DNA from: Octopus sinensis
Lineage: Eukaryota
Length of the DNA: 64,000 bases
NCBI RefSeq assembly: GCF_006345805.1
Contig: NC_043005.1
Coordinates: forward strand, 78,926,001 to 78,990,000
Direction: 5' to 3'
Shown: positions 12,455 through 25,783 of the stretch, piece after piece
How the letters are laid out: each line of letters starts with the position of its first letter
Position numbering within the stretch: the stretch's first letter is position 1
Program-made: the position numbers and the translations under genes
The notes under the pieces: model-generated
What the model was told of the DNA's origin: nothing
The model's input: the letters and a program-made list of their open reading frames with translations, nothing else
Database searches by the model: none

Positions 12455-13065
12455 TTATTTTACTTGTTTCAGTCATTTGACTGTGGCCATGCTGGAGCAC
12501 CGCCTTTGATCGAGCAAATCGACCCCAGGGCTTATGCTTTGTAAGCCTAGCACTTATTCTATCGATCTCTTTTGCCGAACCGCTAAGTTACGGGGACGTA
12601 AACACACCAGCATCTGTTGTCAAGCGATGGTGGGCGGGACTATTACAGGCACACAAACATATACACACACACACATATACAAATATATATGTATCCAAAC
12701 ATGAAAACGCAAAGAGAAAACACAATAACGCGAGGACGTGGAACAAGTATAGTATTATTGGACGCTCAGGAAAGAAGGAAGGAAGGAGGGTTTAACGTTT
12801 CGAGCGGAGCTCTTTGTCAAAAACATAGGAAAAGGAAAGATCCAAAGAAGGGAAGACGGAGGAAAAGAAATCGCCAACATTATAATGTGACACGCGGTCA
12901 CATTATATATATATATATATATACGACGGGCTTCTTTCAGTTTCCGTCTACCAAATCCACTCACAAGGCTTTGGTTGGCCCGAGGCTATAGAAGAAGACA
13001 CTTGTCCAAGGTGCCACGCAGTGGGACTGAACCTGGAACCATGTGGTTGGTAAGTGAGCTACTTT
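12455..13065 (-). mobile_element. Family C SINE interrupted in its internal microsatellite
   Basis: The 3' half at about 12455-12690 and the 5' half at about 12905-13065 flank a foreign 210-bp unit. Confidence 0.85.
12691..12903 (-). mobile_element. Penelope/retrozyme-like unit with a decayed hammerhead
   Basis: Homologous to 58565-58765. The minus strand reads GTTT-TTGACAA-A-GAGC-TCC-GCTC-GAAA-CGTT-AAAC at 12824-12790. Confidence 0.75.
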
Positions 13066-13714
13066 ATTTCATTGAATTGGCTATAAAAGCCGTACATAGA
13101 GGCAGTAGCTGCGGGCTGGACACAGACACAATGATGATGTAATGAAAGAAATGGTTGGTGGAAGAAGCAGATAACGCCTACCGATTGTTGCATTCACGGA
13201 AACAGTGTTCTCTTTTTTTGAATAACAAAATAAAATGACGTATTGAACCTCTTACCCTAGTTCAAAAATGGACGAAATTGTTCTTACAAATTGAGGCGCT
13301 GAGCCACCTACCAAAAAATACAAATAATACAAATTCAAATTGAGGCACTAACGCCTCTTAGCTTTTCTCCCCGACCGGGCTCTACGCCTCTCGCGGTCAA
13401 TCCTGCAGTTCCAAGTCGGGGCTCCAAAAGGCAAACCTATATAGGTCCTTTGGAAAGGAGTCCATTACCCTGAACAATTGCATTGTTTTACAACATTTTA
13501 TTGCTTCTGGAATGATACCAATGTTTTCTTCGAAACATATGTCGGAAGTATAAAGATTTGATTAACACCTGCGTTTAACTCCAATTACTTATTTATCTAT
13601 GTAATACAAAAACATTTCACTAAAACCTGGAATTTCTACCTCTTTTTTTTTGCTACCCTGGAAACTATTATTTATTTTTCCCGTGTTATTTGTAAACATT
13701 GAAAAAATACACAT

Positions 13715-13776
<62 letters not shown>

Positions 13777-13825
13777 GTATATGTATATGTATAGATATAT
13801 ATATTTATATATGTATGTATATGTG

Positions 13826-13864
<39 letters not shown>

Positions 13865-14948
13865 GTATATATATATACAATCTTTTTGCTGGCTCTCTTC
13901 AATAGTCGTAATGATATTACCTCAAGAAATGAACGAATGATCCATGATCTGGTTACGAATACTTTGTTTACGCGACCAATTTGAATAACTTGGTCGTGAA
14001 GGAAACGTGTGCTTGTGTAAAGAAAGAGACAGAGATAGACAGACAGATAGATAGATAGATAGTGAGAGGTGGTGAGAGAGAATGTGTGCCTCTAAATGTG
14101 TGTGTGTGAGAGAGAGAGAGAGGAGGAAGAGAGAGGGAGAGGGAGAGAGAGAGAATGCGTGTTTAATAGAACTGCAAAGTGGTAAAGGCAACCAGACGAA
14201 TGAACAACTAAGATGAAAGGAATTAAGCTGGTAAAAGGGAGAAGAATAAAGTTCTTTGACTGTTGGGAGAGAGAGAGAAAGAGAGAGAGACAGAGAGAGA
14301 GAGAGACAGAGAAAGAGAGAGAAAGAAGGAGAGAGAGAGTGGGGGAGAGAGAAAGAGGGCGGAGGGAATGAGAAAAGGGATAGAAACAGACAGATAATTA
14401 AAGGTGTTATTTTCTTGTTTTAAATTCTGACTTCATTTATTAGATCCGCCATTATAATGCCTCCATGCCTGTCCTTGTTTAAATAGAAAAAGAATGGACT
14501 CGACCTGGATCATATTCAGTTTGTTCACAATTCCATCAATGCAAACATAACAACTACACATCCTGCTTCTCTCTTTTTTCCTCTTCCTCTTTATGCACTG
14601 ACGTATATGTACATATATATGTATAATGCATGAATGCATATGTGTGTATATATACATGTAAATGAAAAGATGCGTGCTGAATAAAAAAGCGACATAAAGT
14701 CTACTAAATGTAAAAACGTACAGGAGGTAAACGGGAGGTCCAAATTCTAATATTCAGTTTCGCACCTTGTGCTACGTCCTAGCGTTTGTTTTTTGCTTTT
14801 CTTTTCCCTTGAATTTTTTCTGTATTTTTACTTATTATATATATATATATATATACATGTATACACACACATATATGTATACATATGCATATATATGTAT
14901 ATATATACATACATACATACATACATATATATATATATATATGTATGC

Positions 14949-15007
<59 letters not shown>

Positions 15008-15024
15008 ATATATATATATATATA

Positions 15025-15150
15025 TAGGCGCAGGAGTGGCTATGTGATAGCGGCTGGCTTACCAACCACATGGTTCCGGGTTCAGTCCCACTGCTTGGCA
15101 CCTTGGGCAAATGTCTTTTAATATATCATCGGGCTGACCAAAGCCTTGTG
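15025..15150 (+). mobile_element. Family C SINE 5' part
   Basis: GGCGCAGGAGTGGCT..GGTTCAGTCCCACTGC..CTTGGGCAA. Confidence 0.85.
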
Positions 15151-15332
15151 AATGGATTTATATATATATATATATAAAAATATAAATTAAGAATAGAACA
15201 CAAAGGATACTGCGATATCTTTTGTGTTCTGTTTTTAATTTATATTTGGTATATACTCTCTCACCTCTGCCACTATCTGGCATATACAGGTGCTTACACT
15301 TATCAAGTATTCACTCTAAATTTGCAGTACCT

Positions 15333-15369
<37 letters not shown>

Positions 15370-15434
15370 GTATGTATATCCGTATCTATGTAAGTACGAG
15401 ATCTATCTATCTGTCTCTGTGTCTCTCTGTCTAA

Positions 15435-15490
<56 letters not shown>

Positions 15491-16304
15491 TTAAATTTAA
15501 AGAAATCCTTTCTTTAAAGTTATTAACTATCAAAAAATTTTTGGTGGAAAGCAGAATGACACGCACCATTTAGAAGTTTTTCGTTTTGAGTGTTAGCGCT
15601 TACTATACTCACCAGCGGATGCGTTTTTGTTTAATTATCATGTTTTATCAATATTTCAATGGGAACATGATGCATCCAAGAATTTTGGCTACCAGAGAAA
15701 TAAAAAAACAAACAAACAAAAAATCTCCAATTCTGTCGGCGAAACTGATTTTAACCTATTAACAGCAAATATTTTTTGCTTCTGTATGCAGGAATCTTTG
15801 GGTACCGGCATATTCCGACTACGAGAGGGAGAAAGATAGAGAGAGGAGTGACCGAGAGGGAGGGAGGGAGGGAAACCATACATTTAGGAACATTTTGATT
15901 AAAAAAAAAAGGAAGAACATGAAAAAGAAAAAAAATATTAAATGCACCTTATTCCTTGATGAACCAGACGTTTGATCAAAAGGCTTTCAGAAAATACTGT
16001 CTCCTCATCCCACTTCTGTTTTTTTTAAAATCATTTTAAGCATTATGTATTGAATACTACCTTGCCAAATGTAGTACTCTTAGGAAAATCGCATTTCATA
16101 TTTTTGGCTATGATTTAATGGCTATTATTCTTTGCAGATCAAGCAACCACATTAAGTCCATTTTGCTGTTCAGCTTTGGATTAGCCTTGATCAAACAAAC
16201 TTATATTAAGAAGGATTCTATCCGTGGCTACCACGTCGTATTAGAAGTATTTGTATGGCGATATTATCTGGTGTGATCTGTTAAATAAGGAGTAATTCAT
16301 TGAA

Positions 16305-16470
16305 TACACGCGTAGTCTAGTAGTTTAAGTGCCAGGATCGCGATCGTTAAACCATGGTTTCGATTCTCAGATCGGGTGGCCAGTGACATTGCATCTTGCT
16401 CCAGTTCACTCCGCCTAGAAATGGCAGCTTGGGATGGATTAATCCTCCGATAGGCTGAAGCCCCGTTCAA
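16305..16470 (+). mobile_element. Degenerate family A-like SINE
   Basis: tRNA-like head GGTTTCGATTCTCAGATCGGG plus CORE-like TTGCTCCAGTTCACTCCG. Confidence 0.55.
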
Positions 16471-17019
16471 CTTTTTAGCCATGTACTCCTTGCAGTTCCT
16501 TGTGCTCCTTGCAGCCTCGTGAGTATAAAATCTCAAAGATCGTCATTTGAGTAAAAATTGACTAATAAATATAGCAGCTCATACTAAGTAGGAGCATCTT
16601 GTATTACCATACATTGAGCAATGGGATTGAAGAAATATATTTCCCCACCATCTGAAAATTGCTGGCTTTGGGTCAAATTTCGAAAGGATAGAATTGTCAT
16701 TCATAGTATCATAACTCTTTTGAATCAGGAATGACTTAAATCCACATAATAATGATGAATATTAATGCCCGATTAATCATTAAACCAAACGTATCTGTCT
16801 ACGGCATGAAGGGAGGCGGAGCACCACAAAAATGGTAAATGATTTACGGCACAAAAGAAATCACTTTAAACTTGCTAAAATAATATACAAACTGGTCTAT
16901 ATGATCGGAAATATAATTTCGAATTGTTCATGGTGTCATAGGGAAAACTACCCAAATATAAATGAAGAGGAAGAATACAGAACTAGGCATTAAAATTTCT
17001 ATCTTACTGCTAGTTTTAT

Positions 17020-17400
17020 TTCATTACTCTTTACTTGTTTCAGTCATATGACTGTGGCCATGCTGGAGCCCCGCCTTTACTCGAGCAAATCGACCCCGGG
17101 ACTTATTCTTTGTAAGCCAAGTACTTTGTAAGCCTAGTATTTTTGCCGAACCGCTTGGTTACGGGTATGTAAACACACCAGCATCGGTTGTCAAGCGATG
17201 TTAGGGGGACAAACACAACCACACACACACACACACACAAACATATATATATATATACATATATACGACGAGCTTCTTTCAGTTTCCGTCTACCAAATCC
17301 ACTCACGAGGCTATAGTAGAAGACACTTTCCCAAGGTGCCACGCAGTGGGATTGAACCCGGAACCATGTGGCTGGTAAGCAACCTACTTACCACATAGCC
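17020..17400 (-). mobile_element. Family C SINE
   Basis: Near full-length reverse copy. Confidence 0.9.
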
Positions 17401-17449
17401 CAAAATTTTATGGTATATCATGGTTAATATTCTGAACTACGTATATATA

Positions 17450-17620
17450 TGGGGGAATCAAAATTTTTTAAGTGCTTAAGGCCTCTATTGGTCTTAATCC
17501 TTTCTGAAGAGGATAGCAACAATAGGGACAAAAAAAATATACAAAAAGAAAAAAGATTTTAAAGTTGGTTACACCGAATAAAATTCGAGATGAATACAAT
17601 GCAAGTAAGTGTATGTGTGT
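17450..17620. repeat. ~170-bp unit, copy 1 (copy 2 at about 18390-18560)
   Basis: Shared AAGTGCTTA.GGCCTCTATT.GTCTTAATCCTT.CTGAAGAGGA.AGCAACAATAGGGACAAAA..AATAAAATTCGAGATGAATACAA. Confidence 0.85.
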
Positions 17621-17911
17621 GTGTGTGTGTTTGTGTGTGTTTGTGTGTGTGCGTGTGTGCATGCGTGTGTGTGTGCGTGCGTGTGTGTGTGTTTGTGTGA
17701 GCGTAGACACTCACAAGGCTTTGGTCGGCCCGAGGCTATAGTAGAAGACACTTGCCCAAGCTGCCACGGAGTAGGACTGAACCCGGAATCATGTGGATGG
17801 TAAGCAAGCTACGTACCGCACAGCCAAAAATGTTATGGTATATTGTTGTTTATATTCTGAACTGCATATATATATATATATATATATATTTATAGAATAT
17901 ATATATATATA

Positions 17912-17944
<33 letters not shown>

Positions 17945-17946
<2 letters not shown>

Positions 17947-18333
17947 TCTTTAACTCTTTTACATGTTTCAGTCATTTGACTGCGGCCATGCTGGAGCACC
18001 GCCTTTAGTCGAGCAAATCGACCCCGGGACTTATTCTTTGTAAGCCCATTACTTATTCTATCGGTCTCTTTTGCCGAACCGCTAAGTGACGGGGACGTAA
18101 ACACACCAGCATCGGTTGTCAAGCAATGCTAGGGGGACAAACACAGACACACACATATATATATACATATATACGACAGGCTTCTTTCAGTTTCTGTCTA
18201 CCAAATCCACTCACAAGGCATTGGTCGGCCCGGGGCTATAGCAGAAGACACTTGCCCAAGATGCCACGCAGTAGGACTGAACCGGAACCATGTGGTTAGT
18301 TAGCAAGCTATTTACCACACAGTCACTCCTGCG

Positions 18334-18335
<2 letters not shown>
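17945..18335 (-). mobile_element. Family C SINE, young full-length copy
   Basis: Nearly identical to the reverse complement of 26477-26885. Confidence 0.92.
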
Positions 18336-18384
<49 letters not shown>

Positions 18385-18859
18385 TAGATATAAGGGGGAA
18401 CCAAAATCTTTTAAGTGCTTAGGGCCTCTATTAGTCTTAATCCTTCCTGAAGAGGACAGCAACAATAGGGACAAAAATACAAAAAAAAAAAAATGATTTA
18501 GAAGTTGGTTACTCCCAATAAAATTCGAGATGAATACAAATGAAAGTAAGTGTGTATGTGTGCATGCGCGCGCGCGCGTGTGTAGACATATGTCTTTGCA
18601 TGGATAGACGAGTGAATGTCCTCTATGATTTGATAAAGCAAAGAGAAAATAAAAACAAAAACAAAAACACGGCTATTGTCCACGCATCAGGACACAACGG
18701 CTTTGCCAACTGATATATTTCCATCATGACCGTATCATATCATTGTTTAAAGCTGTTAGCGTGTCTTATCGTTTGTGGAAGCTAGAAATGTTTATACAGA
18801 AAAGGGGAAGTAGCAAAAAAAAAAAAAAATCAAGTACAAAAACTAACAAAGAAACAAAA

Positions 18860-19126
18860 CAGAAGAAGAACGACGAAGGCTGAAGAAGAAGAAGAAGAAG
18901 AAGAAGAAGAAGAAGGGTTGGTGGGAATCTGGTGAGGAGAAGGTGATAGGAGAAGATGATGAAAATGATGAGACGGGTGTGGTGGACGATGATGGGGACG
19001 AGGAATAAGAAGAAGGGTGGGAAGGATAAAGGGAGAATACGGGGATAGAAATATGGATATTGAGAAGCGGATGAAGAAGGATGTGGAATATAAAATGCAT
19101 GAGGAATAAAAAGGAAAAGCTATAAA

Positions 19127-19163
<37 letters not shown>

Positions 19164-19178
19164 GTAGTAGTATTATTA

Positions 19179-19214
<36 letters not shown>

Positions 19215-19560
19215 AAGAAGTAGTAGTAGTTGTAATGGTGGTGGTGGCATGAAGAATGGGGAGATGAGGACAACATGAGGATGACGGTGACGAAAATGAA
19301 GGGGAAGAGGAGGGTGAGACGGATGAAGAGAGAAGGGATGCGGAGGAGAGGGAGGAAGAGGAGAGGGATGAGGAGGTGAGGGGAAGAGAAAGAGGGAAGA
19401 GAAGGAGGAAATGAAAGAGAAAAGAAGAAGAAAGAACAAAAAAGAGACAGAAATAAGAAGAGGGAGGAGTAGGAAGAAGAAGAAAAAGATTAGGGGGAGG
19501 GAGAAGAATAAGGAAGAAATCGAAGAAAAGAATATAGAGCGGGAAAATTAGACGAAAATC
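18860..19560. repeat. Compound purine-rich triplet low-complexity tract (GAA/ATT/AGT/GAG)
   Basis: Directly visible triplet runs. Confidence 0.95.
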
Positions 19561-19889
19561 ATCTTCATGGGGTACATCGAACCGAATGACGGTGGGTGAC
19601 GATGACGGTGGGTATCCCTCGTTCAACGACGAGGATTTAATAATTTCAGGTGTAAGTGGCTGAGTAGTGGCTGAGTAGACTGTGGACACGTTCACCCTTA
19701 AAGTAAATCTCACATAGAATCAGCGTGGCTCAGTGTGCAACCAGTCTGTACATTTTAAAGTACGGAAAGATTCTGTTCACCTGATGTCTACTAAATTACA
19801 CGGTATGGGTAATAGGAAAATGTCTACCCATAACTTATAACCTTATGAATTGTATGAAACAAAAGTGTCAAAAATAAATATCGACTAAG

Positions 19890-20130
19890 GTGAAGACGTA
19901 GCTGTGTGGTAAGAGACTTGGTCTCTTGCTCTTTCTTCTTGTTTCTGTTGTACCTGTATTTCAAAGAGCCAGCCTTGTCACACTCTGTGTCACGCTGAAT
20001 CTCCTCGCGAACTACGTTATGGAGACACGTGTCTGTGGAGTGCTCAGCCACTTGCACATTAATTTCACGAGCAGGCTGTTCCGTTGATCGGATCAACTAG
20101 ACACTCATCGTCGTAACTGACGGAGTGCTT
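19890..20130 (+). mobile_element. SINE with family E tail
   Basis: CACTTGCACATTAATTTCACGAGCAGGCTGTTCCGTTGATCGGATCAAC..GTCGTAACTGACGGAGT. Related tails occur at about 49800-49950 and, partially, about 63850-63930. Confidence 0.65.
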
Positions 20131-20133
20131 CTA

Positions 20134-20164
<31 letters not shown>

Positions 20165-20234
20165 CGTACATACATACCATACACAATAATACATACATAA
20201 CACACAGACACACACACACACATATATTTATATA

Positions 20235-20540
20235 TCACGTGATCATGTGACCGACCAGACCATCAGATGTTGTTACACATCGCTGGTCACAATGCGTTCG
20301 CATTGTTTTAGCCTTCGAATGACGCCACCCCGCTGGCTAAGCGAGCAGGCCAACAAAAGAAAGAGTGGGAGAAAGAATGGTGAAAGAGTACAGCAGGGAT
20401 CACCACCCCCTGCCGGAGCCTCGTGGAGCTTTTAGGTGTTTTCGCTCAATAAACACTCACAACGCCCGGTCTGGGAATCGAAACCGCGATCCTGCGACCG
20501 CGAGTCCGCTGCCCTAACCACTAGGCCATTGCACCTCCAC
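20235..20540 (-). mobile_element. Family B SINE
   Basis: Reverse copy of the family B consensus, flanked by TA-rich sequence. Confidence 0.9.
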
Positions 20541-20864
20541 ATATTTATATATATATACACACACAAATATTTACACGCATATAAGTGTATGCATGTGTAT
20601 ATTTGTTCTACACCATCGCTTCCCAACTGTTGTTGGTTTGCTTACTGCCCCGTATTCTAGAGGTTCGACAAAATAAACCGATAAAATAAATACCAGGTTA
20701 AAAATTAGAATGAGGTCAATTTGTTGGACTAAACGCTTGAAGGTGGTGTCCCAGTATGGTCGCAGTGCAATGACTGAAACCAGTATAAAAGATTGAAATG
20801 TAAGTCGTTGCGCAATAGGCGGAAAAACCCAATATCTTGTGACTATAAAACACACTTCTTTTAA

Positions 20865-21247
20865 TATTGCGTCATCCCATAAGTAATGTAGCTTTTTTTT
20901 ATACTTCTTTTATCTTTCAAAATTAAAATATCAAAGTTCTTTTTTAATCTAAAACATACTCTCTTTCATTTTCTACAATGCTCTTCCATCTATCTAGTAC
21001 ACTTGTAAGTCCCCTCTTCCAAAACTTATTTGTACATGACGAAAAATACTCCTTCAGTATTTTTACCTCGTCTGCAGAATTCATATTTTCTCAGTCCAAA
21101 TAATTTTAAAGACTGCGAAATAAATGATAATCAGATGGGGCAATGTCCGGCGAATATGGTGGGTGGGGCATTATTTCCCATTCAGACTCCTCCAGCCTTT
21201 GGAATATCACCCTCGCTGTATGTGGCAAAGCATTATCGCAACAGAGA
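20865..21247 (-). pseudogene. mariner transposase C-terminus plus 3' TIR
   Basis: Minus-strand translation DNALPHTA..WEIMPHPPYSPDIAPSDYHLFRSL*..KFWKRG..DRWKSIVENEREYVLD* carries the mariner YSPDxAPxD motif. It is followed by the TIR-like end TTACTTATGGGATGACGCAA and TA. Confidence 0.9.
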
Positions 21248-21258
21248 ATGTGATCGAA

Positions 21259-22013
21259 CTGGTAGAGATTTTAGCACGCCGGACGAAATGCTTAGCGGTA
21301 TTTCGTCTGCCGTTACGTTCTGAGTTCAAATTCCGCCGAGGTCGACTTTGCCTTTCATCCTTTCGGGGTCGATTAAATAAGTACCAGTTAAGCACTGGGG
21401 TCGATATAATCGACTTAATCCGTTTGTCTGCCTTTGTTTGTCCTCTCTGTGTTTAACCCCTTGTGGGTAGTAAAGAAATAGGTATTTCGTCTGCCGCTAC
21501 GTTCTGAGTTCAAATTCCGCCGAGGTCGACTTTGCCTTTCATCCTTTCGAGGTCGATAAATTAAGTACCAATTACGCACTGGGGTCGATATATAATTGAC
21601 TTAATCACCTTGTCTGTCCTTGTTTATCATCTTGTGTTTAGCCCCTTGTGGGTAGTAAAGAAATAGGTATTTCGTCTGCCGCTACGTTCTGAGTTCAAAT
21701 TCCGCCGAGGTCGACTTTGCCTTTCATCCTTTCGAGGTCGATAAATTAAGTACCAATTACGCACTGGGGTCGATATATAATTGACTTAATCACCTTGTCT
21801 GTCCTTGTTTATCCTCTTTGTGTTTAGCCCCTTGTGGGTAGTAAAGAAATAGGTATTTCGTCTGTCTTTACGTTCTCAGTACAAATTCCGCCGAGGTCCA
21901 CTTTGCCTTTCATCCTTTCGGGGTTGATAATTTTGTACCAGTTACGTGCTGGGGTCGATCTAATCGACTGACTTCCTCCCTTAAAATTTCGGCCCTTGTG
22001 CCTAGAGTAGAAT
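21259..22013 (+). mobile_element. Family D SINE tetramer (one head, four bodies) with a 14-bp TSD
   Basis: Units of about 185-200 bp restart at TATTTCGTCTG after the linker GTAGTAAAGAAATAGG. AGAATGTGATCGAA occurs at 21245-21258 and 22014-22027. Confidence 0.92.
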
Positions 22014-22714
22014 AGAATGTGATCGAAGACAAAAGTGGGTAATGGGTGTGTATGCCATGTTTCGGGGTTTGGCCTGGAGGACACTTGCTCAAGGTGCCAC
22101 TAACCTACCACGGCCTCCGAACACATTGCTCATATAGCCCCCGCATACAGCGGGCTGGTATGTAAACATTACAAATCTGTAATGGTCACCGTTACTGCTC
22201 TTCGGGATATGTGATTAGAATGTCGCAGAATAGACCGGCAGGATGATCTCTGGTGTCGACCAGGAACGAGCTGGTTAGATAACAGACATAGTTTCAGTTG
22301 ATCATGTTTGGGAAACCAGCCGGGATTAGTATTGAGGGTTGATTCTGATAGGACCTTACCGAGATGCCTGAGGACTCTACCCCCATGACTCTTTCCCTAC
22401 TCAGAAATAATGGGTGAAGATAGATACTGAAACAACAACAACAATATCAGCAGCAGCAGCAGCAACAGCAGCAAGTACGACAACAACAACAGAATTTTAA
22501 CTCATTCTTTGGAACTGGTATTGTTAGAAAGCATAGGAGGGGACCGCTACGTAATTGCTAGAAATAACTCGTAATCCACATTAAATCATATTCTTTCGTC
22601 ATAAATAAGGCCGGGTACATTCAACATTGTGATTACAGATAAACGGAATAGTCACGCCAGGAACGCCATCGAACATAAATCTGCACAATTAGCCTTTAAG
22701 TTCTTAGCAAAAAC

Positions 22715-23095
22715 GTGGCTGTGTGGTAAGTAACTTGCGTACCAACCACATGGTTCCGGGTTCAGTCCCAATGCATGGCATCTTGGGCAAGTGTCTTCTA
22801 CTAAAGCTTTGAGCCGATCAAAGCCTTGTGAGTGGATTTGGTAGACGGAAACTGAAATAAACCTGTCGTATGCATATGCGTGTGTATGTGTGTGTTTTTG
22901 TGACTTAGTTTGCCCCCCTCACCATCGCTTGACAACCGATGCTGGTGTGCTTATGCCCCCGTAAATTAACGGTTTGGCAAAAGAGACCGTTACAATAATT
23001 ACTAGGCTTTCAAAGTCCTGGGGTCGATTTGTTCGACTAAAGGTGGGACTCCGGTATGGCCGCAGTGAAATTACTGAAAAAGGAGAAAGAATAAA
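22715..23095 (+). mobile_element. Family C SINE
   Basis: GTGGCTGTGTGGTAAG..GGTTCAGTCCC head through the tail. Confidence 0.88.
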
Positions 23096-23482
23096 AAAAA
23101 AAACGTTAACAATATGGTAAGACTTACGTATGTATTGTTATGGCTCATACCATGATAACATGATATTCAAAGAATGAGGCAATTTTTTGGAAGTTAATAT
23201 CAGAAAAATTAGCAGAGAGAGAGGGACGCAAAAACTGCGAAGATGAAATAGCGGGAGAAAATAAATAATATGAGATGGATGGAATGGTGTTTGGATAAAT
23301 AGTCATCTAATAAATGATTGAATACATGGGTGGGTGGGTGGATGGATGGACGGATGGATGACGAGTAAATGGATGGATGGATATGATACGGAAATACACA
23401 GACTCGAAAAATATTTTTACATCCTTATGCATGTATGTATGTATGTATGTATGATTGCATATGTATGTATGTATGTATGTTG

Positions 23483-23545
<63 letters not shown>

Positions 23546-23661
23546 CTATGTATGTATGTATATTTGTATGTATGTATAATATCTAACTATCTACTAAACT
23601 TTCTATAAATTTATGTTTTATGTATATATATATTATATATATATATGTATGTGTGTATATA

Positions 23662-23697
<36 letters not shown>

Positions 23698-24493
23698 TGT
23701 ATGTATGTATGTGTGTGTGTGTGTCTATGTATGTATGTATATTTGTATGTATGTATAATATCTAACTATCTACTAAACTTTCTATAAATTTATATATGTT
23801 TTATGTATATATATACATATATATATGTGTGTGTATATATATATATATATGTGTGTGTGGTGTGTGTGTGTGTGTGCAAGAAGAAAATAAAGGAAAAATT
23901 ACAGGAAAAAATTGGTCGTTGTCATTAATTTTATTAATTATTAAAGAAAAGTGGTAATAATTGTACAGTTATATATATATATATATATATACATATGGCA
24001 TATTTGCATATTATAAATCCATATTCATATAAATAATTACGACGGGCTTCTTTCAGTTTTTGGGTGGCCTGTCTGACTATACACTTGCCCAAGGTACCAC
24101 GCAGTGAAACTGAACCCGGAATCATGCGGTTGGTAAGCATGCTACTTACCGTGCATGTATAAATATTTAAGAATACATATGAATATATACATGCATCGCG
24201 TGTCTGTCTATTTATCTATCTGTATGTACGTAATGCATGATTATTTAATTGTCGTTGTCCTTAAATAATGTAGAATGTGATGTATGAAGTATAGACAGAT
24301 GACTAAATGAATAGGTGGATGATTGGGTGAAAGCGAAAGGTAAATAAATACATGTGGACTTTAATAATGTTGAAGGCAGAAGTGACAGGCAAAACGACAG
24401 GTAGATGAAGTTAGGATGACGTGGAGGGAAAATATTAATAATAAATAATATACTGTGTTCGGATAATGTGTAAATGCATGGGTGCATATGGTG

Positions 24494-24563
<70 letters not shown>

Positions 24564-24769
24564 CATACTCATACATACATATATATATATATATACGCAT
24601 ATATAAATATATATAAAAATATATATATAATATATATATAAATAAATATATATATATATATATAATATATATTTATATATATATATGTGCACGCGCGCTT
24701 GTCTGCTTCTGTGTGCGTGTCCATCCAACCATCATCCATCCATCCATCAATCCATCCATTCATCCACTC

Positions 24770-24807
<38 letters not shown>

Positions 24808-24846
24808 TCTTTCTTCTTTCTTCTTCTTCTTCTTTCTTTCTTTCTT

Positions 24847-24895
<49 letters not shown>

Positions 24896-25722
24896 ATATC
24901 TATGCATCTATCTATCCATATATATATATAGTATATATATATAGTATATAGTGTATATATATATATATATAGTATATTGGATATATATATATACATACAT
25001 ATATATAATATCAGAAATTGGTAAAAAGAATGTAGAAATTTTTAAAGTAGAAATTATAGTAAAAAGCGAGATGTGGTTCTAATAGGTTATTAAAAGTAGG
25101 TGTCTAAAACATTAGAGATCAAAGGAGATGTTTTCAAGCAGGAAATACTAAAATAATTGCCACTTCTCTCCCCTCTTGTTTATGGATGTCAAACAACCTA
25201 TCAAATAAGGCTTTGATCTCGACAGCTCCCTTTCACACTCTGCCTATTTCTGTTACTCCATATACGCCTTTATTTCTAAATATTTCATGTAAGTCTGCTT
25301 ATTTTCGTTTTTGGCTTCTTTCTCCAATGCGTTTGATTTTTACTACAATATGCTTTTTACCTTATTGTGTTATTTTATTTCATATTCTTTTAATTTTTCT
25401 TTATTTTTATTTTATCTTTCACCACTCTTTTTTTTACGACATTTTCTATCTTTCTTTAAAAGTTGCCCACTTATCGACAATCTCTTACAGTATTGCATCA
25501 AGTCTTCTATCAGTCTTCTTCTCCTTATTACTTGCATCGCATTTCATGAAAACGCACGTTCTTACATTTTATTTCTCTTCTCTTCTTTCTCGCTTCTATT
25601 TGCTATTTAAAATTCCATTCAATTTACCCGTTATTATTTCAATTTTTTTCATATAGTTTTCTTCATCCAGCGTTAATTACCTTCCTTTTTGTTGTGTTTC
25701 TCTCTCACTCTCACTGTCTCCC

Positions 25723-25724
<2 letters not shown>

Positions 25725-25783
<59 letters not shown>

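Noticed and set aside
13345-13475. HDV-like ribozyme (GCC-TCTCGC-GGT resembles P3/L3)
   Set aside because: No matching P1 and no catalytic C in J4/2, so the fold cannot be completed.
21259-22013. CRISPR-like periodic array
   Set aside because: Units are ~190-bp SINE bodies with near-identical linkers rather than unique spacers, the context is eukaryotic, and there are no cas genes.
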